A DNA stretch of 64,000 bases, taken from positions 1,736,001-1,800,000 of the forward strand of contig NC_135263.1 in the NCBI RefSeq assembly GCF_964204865.1, written 5' to 3'. The first letter of the stretch is position 1, and each line of letters starts with the position of its first letter. Positions 41,768 to 52,662 of this stretch are shown piece by piece. Below the pieces are notes generated by a model. That model ran no database searches, was not told where the DNA came from, and saw only the letters and a program-made list of their open reading frames with translations. A program made the translations under genes and the position numbers. Source of the DNA: Styela clava (lineage: Eukaryota).

Positions 41768-42680
41768 GGAACTCGTGAATAAATATATATTCAACTTCCA
41801 TTGTAATTCCCAGCTTATCCTTCCGTGAAAGCAAGTTGAGGATTAAGGAAGAATTAAACGTCGCAAATCAGGAAGGAAGAGAGGAAGCGCCGGATACTTT
41901 ACGCGTAATAGAGTGAGAGGAAAAGTGAGATTACTGTTAAAAATGTTCAGAAATTTTACAGAAAATATAAATATTTATTCAATATGGTCAGACATAGTGG
42001 TCAGACGTTTATAAAAGATGTCCAAAAAATTTCGCTCGATTTTATAGTAACAACAATTTCTTTGTCTTTGTTTATCGATAGTCCTTATTGTGCTTATGTA
42101 GTTCTCATTTATCATACAATAAAATTTGTTTGAACTCTCAATTTTTATTTAAATATGGCAAATTTTTTTGGATACCTGTATATATCGAATACATGAAGTA
42201 TACCTAGTGCGGTGCGTGATTTAAAGAGAAAACGCCGGAATGCGGTTAAATATATTCATAAATTTATAGTATATAAAAGACTTGCGCTATAGATTTAGTT
42301 TCTGCGGGACTAAAAACCTTACAGAAATATATTTGTGTTAGTGTACAGCAAGACGCTTCAATCACTTATAAAGACTTGTTTTCAATTTGAATTTTGATTA
42401 TTCCTGCATCTAACCAGATTTGTTTTTATAAATAATTATGATATATTGAATTTCACTCTAAACGAGAGTTTCCCTTTGTGGGAACTCGTGAATAAATATA
42501 TATTCAACTTCCCTTGTAATTCCTGACTAATCCTGCAATGGAAGCAAGTTCGTGATTAAGGAAGAATTATCCGTAGTAAATCAGGAAGGGAGAGAGGAAG
42601 CGTCGAGTAATTTGGAGAGAGAGAGAGATGACTGTTAAAAAATGTCCGAAATTTTATAGAAAATATGAGTATATGGTCTG
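41768..42680 (+). repeat. Direct repeat of about 200 bp (41768-41990 and 42481-42680)
   Basis: GGAACTCGTGAATAAATATATATTCAACTTCC…GATTAAGGAAGAATTA…AAATCAGGAAGG.AGAGAGGAAGCG occurs twice. Confidence 0.8.
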
Positions 42681-42841
42681 ATATGTTGGATCAGTTGTTA
42701 CCAACCTCGCAATTCAGGGGGGTGGGGGGTGAGGGCTCAATTTAAATAGAGAGAGATCACGGTTAAAAATGTTCAGGGATGGTATATAAAAACAGGTTAT
42801 CGACCTATTTTGTCTTGGTGTATTTAGGGAAAGGTTATATG

Positions 42842-43322
42842 CAGGGATTCCATCGATCTGGGACCCAAAATAAGGACGACTGGAAAAATTTCTGCATTGT
42901 GAGCAGAAATAGCTGGCTTTCCTATGAGCTCCAGGTTAATGTCACGATTACAGACGTCACAGAGTGCGAAGCACTCACCCTTCAAGCTCCGTTTAACTTT
43001 GAATTCTTCCCCGTACTCACGAAAAACGTTCTTACGTTTGCTCATTTGTAAATTTAGGCTAAAATAACCACCACCACGACGAAACCTATGGATCACCACA
43101 CTAACAATGCTTCATGCCTATCTGTGCCTTGCCTCTTTGTGTTCCAAATAAAATTGTATTGCTTTTACGATGCCACAATAAAGCTTTGGCGATAAGACAA
43201 ACAACACAAAGCTTCTTTTATAAAGTCCAAATAAGACAAAATAAGGACACGCAAGCCAAAAATAAAGACGCAAGCTAAAAATAAGGACAAACCTTTGAAA
43301 TAAGGACGGTATGGAATCCCTG
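42842..43322 (-). mobile_element. Internally deleted hAT (Blackjack-like) transposon retaining a BED-finger transposase N-terminus
   Basis: Perfect TIR CAGGGATTCCAT, perfect 8-bp TSD GTTATATG, subterminal AAATAAGGAC repeats. The - strand encodes MSKRKNVF…FALCDVCNRDINLELIGKPAISAH (C-x2-C…H). Confidence 0.8.
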
Positions 43323-44434
43323 GTTATATGCAATTCCAGGACCCGAGTCTAAGTCAATTAAGAGACAAATTTGGATCAGTCGCGCGATACGAGAATTTGA
43401 CTCCCAACTCCTGATAAACTTTACAACCCAGCCGTTCGACTTCGGGTTGTCCAAAATTTTACCTTCGAATTACTACGTGAAATTTAAAAATGCGACTCCT
43501 CAGCCATGGTTGTTAAGTGGCATTGTATGTACCAGAAATGCATTCGACTCGACGTAGTTTATTAACAACAATCCTTATTCTGAGGATCAACACGAGAAGG
43601 GTATTGAATCAAATAACGAAAATGAATTACTGGAGAATTACCGTTATATTTGCCAGTTTTTATATAGTATGCATATGAAATTAATAGAGGAAGTGAGACG
43701 AATAAATATGAGGGTTTGAGTCGCAACATCCTGCTTATGTGTAGCAAAGCAAGCGCAACAGTCAATGAGCGAACGATACGGCTTTTCTAGTGGTTCGAAT
43801 ATCAACTCATACAATAATCCATCGGGGAAATACGAAATGGAAGCACTATTTTTCGGATCATTTGTACAAAGCCCGCGCCACTAATACAAAAATGTGAGAT
43901 TGAGAATATACCAATGTCTGTTACCTAGACAATTGCAATCACAATAACATTTAAAATAAACAACAACACTCTCAGAATAGAGACGGATTACTTTTTAAAC
44001 AATTATATCTCTTTCGTGGGCAGCAATATGGCGCATGTCCCTTGTTATCGTAATAATGGAGTGATTATGATTTTCCCCCGCCCAGACATTTTGACAACAT
44101 TTTAATATGACGTGACAATAATCACTATTTTTGTGACAGGAAACGTCATAATCGATATTAAATCATCTCATTGTTTATGTTAAATAGGATGTTACGCAAC
44201 AAATACAAGGGAGCATAATCAAATACATGAACAAGGATATCGAAATAAAGTGCTCTCAAATTTTATAAAAAATGTTCCCATTATTTGAAATAAAACAACA
44301 AAATTTTGGATAAAATTCCGGGTCCCATAGCACTCAGTAATAGCAATCTGTAGGCTTTTTCTATCACCACCACCAGTGACAGAGTGAAATTGATTGATGC
44401 AGTAGTTGAGGTGTTTTTTCACAACAATAATATA

Positions 44435-44559
44435 TCAAGAGTCTTGCTGCACACTAACACAAATATATTTCTGTAACGTAGTTGAACTATGTATGTCTGA
44501 AGAAGTCAGACGAAACGTTACAGAAATATATTTGTGTTAGTGTGCAGCAAGACTCTTGA
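44435..44559. repeat. Perfect 45-bp inverted repeat with 35-nt loop containing a hammerhead-like core (Penelope-like pLTR remnant)
   Basis: Arms 44435-44479 and 44515-44559 are exact reverse complements. CTGAAGA (44497-44503)…GAAACGTT (44512-44519). A third degenerate copy lies at 42319-42368. Confidence 0.8.
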
Positions 44560-47500
44560 ATCACTTAAGATAGCTATCCTTACTCTTGTTACAGCATCCT
44601 TGCATTATATGCATACGGATCCGTCGGCACAAAAGCATAGAAGAAGGATAAGTAGTTAGTTTCGAGAAACCAAATCATTAGCACAAATAATATATCAAAT
44701 CGATCATATGTACACTTGTGCCGAACGAGCCAGCTCGTAACTTTGTTATTGATTTTACATTCCCAAATTATAATCTTGTACTTGCTAATGCGATATCCCC
44801 CACTCACACTTCCTCGTAGACCTTATAATCCAATGTAATGCAAACTTATGTAGGAACCTGTTTCAACTTCCTTTCCACGCGTACTGTTAAAAATATAGTA
44901 AGGCATACTGTAATTTGACTATGATTTGAATGGTTCGCATATTAGGCATTTTTTCATACCATACGAGAAATGAGATGCGCAAAACGGACAAAAATGTCTT
45001 CAAAATTCAAATGTTTGACACCCTTTGAAGTTGCTCAAATAACGTCAAAAGCTATAAAATATCTTTCTAGGTAGATTTTGCAAGCGCTTGATTAAGCCAT
45101 ATATCCTCGTTATCAAAGCTTCAACGCAATACATTTACAAAATGTTTCATTTACGTGGAACGGGAACACGGTATTTTGTGCTTAGTGAAAAACAAAATTG
45201 GGTCTTGTAATGGTCTTCTTGCGCTTTAAAGGTATTATTATGTCATAATATTAACTTGTCATAATATGACGCCACATCTCATTTTCTAATAATTTTTTCA
45301 CCCCCCTCATATCAAGCCTCGAATACGTCTAGCGTGTTCAATACGACTCCAATTCTCATTACATCATTGGCCAAATGAGACAATCTGTCAGAAAAATATG
45401 TTTAAGTATAGATAATCTAGTATTATATCATATCATAACAAATACCATATTTCGATTTTCATTCATAAATTACAATTAAGTCTAATTTTACGAATGACGA
45501 CTCTTGGTCTATGATGTTACAATATTTTATTTGTCCATTATTAATCACAATGGATCATCTGTCTGTGGTAAATTATTGATAATTAAATACACTTGTTCAA
45601 TCATTGAGACATAAGAATACTGACCCAGACACGCGTAGTGAGTGTCACCTGCTAAAGTAAACAAGAATTCTCTTGAAGGAGACGGGTTCATTACACAGCT
45701 CATTATATCAATTGTTTTGGGCAGCAAAAATGGCGCGAGTCTCTTGTTTACGTAATAATGACGCCAATTGTTGTTTTCCCGCGTCTGATATATTGACAAT
45801 CGTTTAATTGGTCATGGGTATTATGTCACAATGCTCAGGTGCATGTAATAGGAAATGTCATAATCGACATGAAATCAACCTATTGTCGTTTTTAATTCGC
45901 ATTGTTACGCATCAAACGCAGGTGAACGATAAAATTGACAAAAGAATTCTTAGCGCTTTTTACAAATAAACTTTTTGAAATATTCACAAAGTTGAAGAAT
46001 AATTAAATTTATCACTTGTTAGTATTATGAACAATAGTTTCTTCTCCGAATATGACGATAAAATTGATTTCTAATTATGATATAAATTAAAAATGAATGG
46101 TTTGCTATTGCAAGTTTCTTTCGGCAATTACGAAGGGGCCAAAAATAAAACAGAACTCAGAACATGTTCTTCAGAGAACATAACTTTTCCACAAAGCGTC
46201 CTGGATTAGTAAAACTTTTGCGTATAATCAAACATAAATTAGGTGTTAAATAAGTTTTCTTTATTTTCGTAAAAGTAAACAAGAAGTTCATCCTTTTTTA
46301 ATGACCTGCGTCATTTTTTAGGCCAACCTATAGATTTAAAAAATGGTTTAACACCTTGAGCGAGAAATCTCCATTATTTCTATTAAAATTGACCGCTAAA
46401 ATATTCACATTTAAACCTAACGCATCATGAATATTTTGGGGCAAATAATCTCTGACGTCATACATTGGTTGATAAGGCTAAGTCTGACGCAGGCGTTAAC
46501 CGCTGATGTGTGTATGCTATATTGTTGAAAGACTTCAAATTGAAATGGTCTTTCTATTTTAAAAGAACGAGTCTGCAGATTGTGTATATAGCAAACTTAG
46601 AAGAATAAAGTTGGCTCGCTCATTTCTAACTGTAAGTTCTTTTTTTGCCAAATAAATTCCTATGCCGAATTTTTGTATCGAGATTTTAATGTCGAATCAG
46701 TATAAGTTGCCCAAATTTTTTGTATTGTGATTTAACAGTTTCATTTTTCTGGATCCCCACAATTTTAAATGGCAAAGTAAAGAATTAACATGCAAAACCA
46801 TACGTTTATCAGAATTTCGTTTTTCGTATAAAATCCAATTTATGTCAATTTATAAGTAAGCGTGATGGTCTCCCGGTTACAGCATTTCACCGTCGCTGTT
46901 TGATGATTTTTGACCCCCCATGTCTTACTAAGGGTAAAATAAATTATGTGGGTAATAACGAACAGTGAACATTTCCACAAATTTAATATAGTATCACCAT
47001 ATTAGGCCACCGCCTAACCATGGGTGCAGTGAGGTGAACATCAAAAATTCCAATCCTTTCAGAAATAGTAGATTGGTATAAACTATTGGCTGATTGCGAA
47101 AAGCCATTTTCATGTGTAAAATCATCTCATAAAAAATAATTGACCTATACTAGTGTTATCAACCATTTCATGGCTTGAAGTTAATACTCTTTCAGTTTCT
47201 GAATTTTACTTTCAAATGTAAATAAGTAGACTTATGCAACGTTAATTACAAAATCATTCCAATTTGAACGCAGATTCATTTCGCGCATCAATTTTTACTT
47301 GTTCTGCATTTTGAGCAGTTATTATGGCGCAATAATGACATTTAAACTTCGCCAAAAACACATCAAATGTGAAATTCTATATTTTAACACGTTTGGGCAG
47401 TTTCCAATATCCAAAACACAAAAATCGCATTACTGAGTTACGCCGACACTTCAAAGCAAAAAATTGATTTTTCGATCCATTTTCCCGCCAAAATAACCGC

Positions 47501-48322
47501 AAAAAAGCTATTCGTATATGATATAATAATGCATCGTTAGAAATATTACACCATTATGAGTATCAAGTAAATTAAATGTACAAACCCAGGTGCAAACTAT
47601 GGCAAATTGTACACAAGGTGTATATATAAATTTTACGATCGTAAAATTGGCCCAAAATTTGAACAAGAACTTTCTTTGGGGCTCAAAAAATATTATATAA
47701 AAATATCTATATATACATACATCGTTTTGTTAAATTGCCGGGAGGCCGGGCTAGTTTAAATATTGCTCAACAGGGACAAATTTTGAAAGTGTGAAAGCCA
47801 AATAATACACTTACAGTATGTAGCGGTATGGCCACACAGTTGTGGCATTGCAAGTCAAAAAATAGACAAGTATGACTAGTGTTCAGTAGCAATAAATTTT
47901 GATATGAAATAGTAGAAGCCAAGTTCGAGAGTTTCAAGACCGAAGAGTTAAAAATATTAATCCAATTTAAAATCAATATTCACCAAAAGATTCTAGAAAG
48001 GGTACAGAAGTATAAATAACAAAAAAGTACGTTTTCCTCATTTTTTTAAAGTTTTGTTTTGGGATTAAAGCCCTCGAATTAATATACAGGTATAACGAAT
48101 CTATATACTGTATATATATATAGCCCAAGCTTGTATAGTCTGGAAAGTTCCAGTAATTTGACCAAACCGGTCACGCTATTGGCCCATCAATAAAGATAGT
48201 TTTGAGTAATCGACGCGTCTAACACTAAGACACGTGAGATAACAAAAGATAAGAAACTGGCCAGGGGATTACAGTTGGTCAGTCCTCAGATAAGGTTGAA
48301 CACTGGAATGTCCAATTTCAAG

Positions 48323-48550
48323 GGTTGTTCTGTAGTATGCGAACCAAGATGGCGGACACCGGATCGTAGTATGTGTACCAGGTTATGGTTAGGTCATAAT
48401 TTCAGGTACAAATACTACCAGAGACACTTGGCTAGTCCTCGAACTCGTAATAAAACTAAAATAAGGGAAATTGGAATAAAATTATGGCCTGGTACACATA
48501 CTAAGTTCCCGCGTCCGCCATCTTGGTACGCATACTTCAGCAGGAGTACC
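48323..48550. mobile_element. Merlin-like MITE family A, long form
   Basis: Diverged TIRs; perfect 8-bp TSD ATTTCAAG. Confidence 0.8.
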
Positions 48551-51500
48551 ATTTCAAGAATATTGTGCTGATTTAGACAAGTATCATCTTTTTACAAGGT
48601 GTTTTCATGTCATCACTTCGAACAAGGTTCTGTAACAGTATGTTCCCAAGCTTTTCATCTTAATTGGGGGGGGGGGCGAATTTAGGGGGTGGTAGATATT
48701 TTGTTATCAGTGATGAAACTATTTGTAACCAAATGTTTAGGCCAGTACGAAGACAAATAAAAATATTTTCATTATCAAGCTTGAAATATTTTCTTCAAAA
48801 TGTCATTGCTAGTTAGAGACTTATTTTTATATGGCCGCCTCCCTTATATGCGTTAATTAACCAATTTCACAAATTCCATATTTCATTCTCAAAACAATTT
48901 TTCTATTTTGATCATTTTATTGAAAAAATACCTTATAATAAGATAAAGAATTTTATTTATAAAAAGGTCAGACTAAAATGGCATTTGAGGCCTTAATGAA
49001 CCTAGCTAATAAATTCCATAATTTTGTTCTCAAAACAATCTATTTTGATAGTTTTGCATCCAGCATTGTGGCTCCAAATTCTTGACCCCAACGGCACTAA
49101 ATTTTACATATCTTTACCTTCGAATATAATCGGCCCTTTTCCTACGAATTGAACAGAAGCGACATTCTAATTGAGTAGTTTTAACTAACTGTATGATATC
49201 TATGTTTATCTTGAATATAGATAAGCGACTACATCCCTGATATAATGAGGATATATACCCGATAAGATATCTTGTTTATTTACTGATAATAAAAGCGTTA
49301 GTTGTTGATAAAACATTATGTGTATATAATCTAATATTTAGTGAATCATATATAAGTAACCAAGAGTTTCAAGATAGGTATATTATTGGAAAAAGCAAAT
49401 TATGATCTGTACTCGTATTACTAATAGTTTTATATAATATATTCTCATACATATTTAGACAGAAACAACAATTAGGTGTTATATATTGGATTTTGTATAG
49501 AATGGCGTATTACAGCATTTCTAACCGAAGAATAGGATTGTCCTAGAAAAGAAATATTTTACCATCTATTTGCGTGTAGTATTACTAATATTTGACGGGA
49601 CTTTAATAGTATCGTAATAAGTTTTCATGCACATATTTTATAACAGGAGGATATTGAGTGGTTACATATGCAACCTTGTTGAGATTTGTTCGGGTACGTG
49701 CAAATCCAACCAGCGCTGCAATGACGAACAAGTTTATAACCAATTTAGTGAGTTAAGCATCAACGTAAGTCAACTAGAATAAACCAACAGAATTTATGAA
49801 TCCAACCACTGCTCTGAAGAAATGGCGAGGAAGATTTTCAAATCGATTGGACAAACTATTTTAAATATCCGACTAGCAGAATCCACAATATTTTGGTCAT
49901 AAATAACAAATTAAGCACCTGCAATTTTGAAGGCACGTAAGATATTTTTATGGAAAATTGAAATGCGGACACCATCGCGCTACCGTTTGTTTAGGGAATT
50001 AATAATTCTCGAAGCATTTGTTATATTTCAATGTAATTTAAATTCTGACACCATTTATTATCATACAGTGCTATGCTTATTTGCGCAGAATAGGAATGTA
50101 AACATAACTGGTCCGCTAATTAAAATTCGCCAAAGTAAATAAACTATGAGGAATCCTCACATATGGTATTAATTAAAATAAAATACTAATTTGAAATTCC
50201 CAACCAATACGCGGATTTAACACTTTAACAACGGGTATCGGTTCCACTATAGTGTTAATTAAAAAGTACATAAGCGTGGAAATCGCACCTAACGTTTGTC
50301 AATTTCAAAATGGAATTATACACAGACCGACATAGTGTTAACTTCTGATCTTGGGAAGTTTGTATTAGCTTAGTGTCGCTTCCGTCAGATTGGGGGCCTG
50401 TTCGCTTTACGGTTACGATAGGAGAGAGATAGTTTCAGAAAGAAACGAGAGAATGAAGTGAATAAAAGAAATAAACTAACGGGTGGTGAAAGGGAGAGAA
50501 AAAATGCGAGAGAAGTATTTATCGCCTGTATCAGATGCATTACTAATCAGTTGACAGTTGAAATCTTTTAGTGTCAGTTCGCAAGAGTCCGCGCTATTTA
50601 TTTCAAAGTTATATATATATATATCTATAAGTATTTGTAGGGTAACCTATAAAATTGTATAGACTATGGTTAGATTGTACCTATAAAGTATTTCAATATT
50701 AAATTGATTGGGATAGTGCATGTTTTCAGCTTTCAGTTTTTTTAGTGACGAGACTGCTTTTAAATATAATGGGTTTAAAATCGCTAACGTGAGCTTTAAG
50801 CAAAAAAATACTGAATTGTACTATGTTTATTGAAATTATCACGGATGTGTAATTCAGAAGAATGCTAAGTAGCTAAATGACTTAATTTGAAGTTCGGCTA
50901 AAAAATTTAATTACTTGAATTCCGCATGTTTTTGTCGAGGTGCGGTACATGAGCTTCGGTCATGGCTGCTTGATAATTCGGCCTGTGTGATGAATCAATG
51001 AACGCTTTATTACGTCAGAAATGAAAACTTGAGTGTCTTGTTATGAGGTAATAATATCTTTTTAACGTGAATAGTATTGAATTTAAAAATTTAAAAAAAG
51101 TGATTGAATAAGATTTAAATAATGAGTAAAGAATTTTAAGGCCGTACCGGTACGTTACACTCGACAGAAACTAGTTTCAAAAAAAGAACTTTTGAGTTTT
51201 GAAATACCTTGGATAAAATGCAGAAATGTGCAGCGCTCTTTTCCAGTTTTCCGTATGCTGTTAGGCATGTCTTGTATTCTGGCATTTCAACATACAGACT
51301 ATTTGATATGTATTATATGGCATTTTACTATTATTATTTTTAAACTTTTATTTGGTTTAAGTCGGCTTCGTCCTAAAAGCATTGATATTTAAATAGGAAA
51401 ACTCAAACGCAATCGCTTGTAGAGAGCATAAGACAATATAATGAGATAATTCACCTATCCATCCAGCCATCACTCAGTTCAGCAGGTTTGCAATTCCTGA

Positions 51501-51799
51501 ATTCAGAAATCGTTTACCATTCTAAGTTCAGCTAGAAATAAACAAAATTGAGCTTGATTCTATAATTTGAATATTTTTACGTTCGTAACCCACTAAGTGT
51601 CTTAAAAACTAAGTATCCCAGTAAATGATATTAGCGAATTTCGGGAGAAACCAATTTTAAGGATTTTGGCATTTTTGTCTTATTATACAATTATCCTAAT
51701 TGGCGTTAATTTAAAATTGAAGTTCTGTGGTTAAAAAGGCGGAAATCTATTGTCAAAAGTTGTTTAATTGATTTTTAGAAAAACTTAAATTTACCAATA

Positions 51800-51818
51800 A
51801 TTACCTTTCAATTTTCAG
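51800..51818 (+). promoter_or_regulatory. Splice acceptor 36 nt upstream of the start codon (cis 5'-UTR intron or trans-splice site)
   Basis: TTACCTTTCAATTTTCAG| with AG at 51817-51818. Confidence 0.6.
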
Positions 51819-51854
51819 AAAAGTAAAATAGTCGAAACTAAATTTTTATTTAAA

Positions 51855-52662
51855 ATGGTTTACTTCAATTTCAACATGAGGAAGGTACTTAAATTTTTAT
51901 TGCTTACGGCCGTTGTATTTTATCTCCTCGACGCCGGAGTCGATGCAGGAAAATCCCGTAGACGAAGAAAAAAAGACCGGCGTTCAAAACGTACCGACGC
52001 CGAAAAAGAAGCGAGGCGAAACCGCAAGGAACGAAAAACACGGGAAGAAAACTTCGGTACCGAAGTGAATGAAACAAAACAACCCTTTCCTACTTTAGTA
52101 CAATTATTAAGGTTACAGCAATTGCAAGGACATAAAGATAAACTTGAACGGCCCAAGATTCAGCCTTATAATTATGAGGAATTCGCTGACACTATGGTGC
52201 AACGATACATGGATAAACGAAACGAGAAGCCGACCCAATCTGAAGAAATCGCGACTGTCCTTCCAGTTGTAAATGCTCGCGTTGATTTCCTAATAAAACG
52301 AGAAAAATCGAAACATTTTTACGAGCCAGATTTGACAACAAGCAGTGTCCCTGCTACTCAATTGGGACTCGTTACTGTCCACTCAGCACGCGGGAAATAT
52401 GGGCTACATTCCCGCCCTGACCCAGTATTTGGACGCTTGATTCATGTTATAGATGCTGAACGCTCCAATTCAAACTTTGGGTGCGGTACGGCTATTGCTA
52501 ATAAGCATGAAATTCCCCAAAATGGCGAGCCATGGATCGCCCTTATCCAGCGAGGACATTGCGCATTCTTCAGAAAAATCAAACTTGCCGAACGCAACAA
52601 TGCATCTGCCGTCATAATCTACGATCACAAGGAGGGAGAAGTCCCGAAAATGAACACGATAG
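51855..52662 (+). CDS. Coding exon 1 of a secreted/cell-surface PA-domain protein related to the Goliath/GRAIL (RNF130/RNF149/RNF150/RNF128) ectodomain
   Basis: Longest ORF in the window, with ATG in AAAATGG context. It encodes a hydrophobic signal peptide (…KFLLLTAVVFYLLDAGVDA) and the motifs GKYGLHS, FGCG and PWIALIQRGHCAFFRKIKLAERNNASAVIIYD, which match the Goliath-family PA domain from recall. Donor AG|GTAAGA at 52662/52663 is phase 1. The ORF-track tail KNIYIFQT is intron read-through. Confidence 0.9.
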
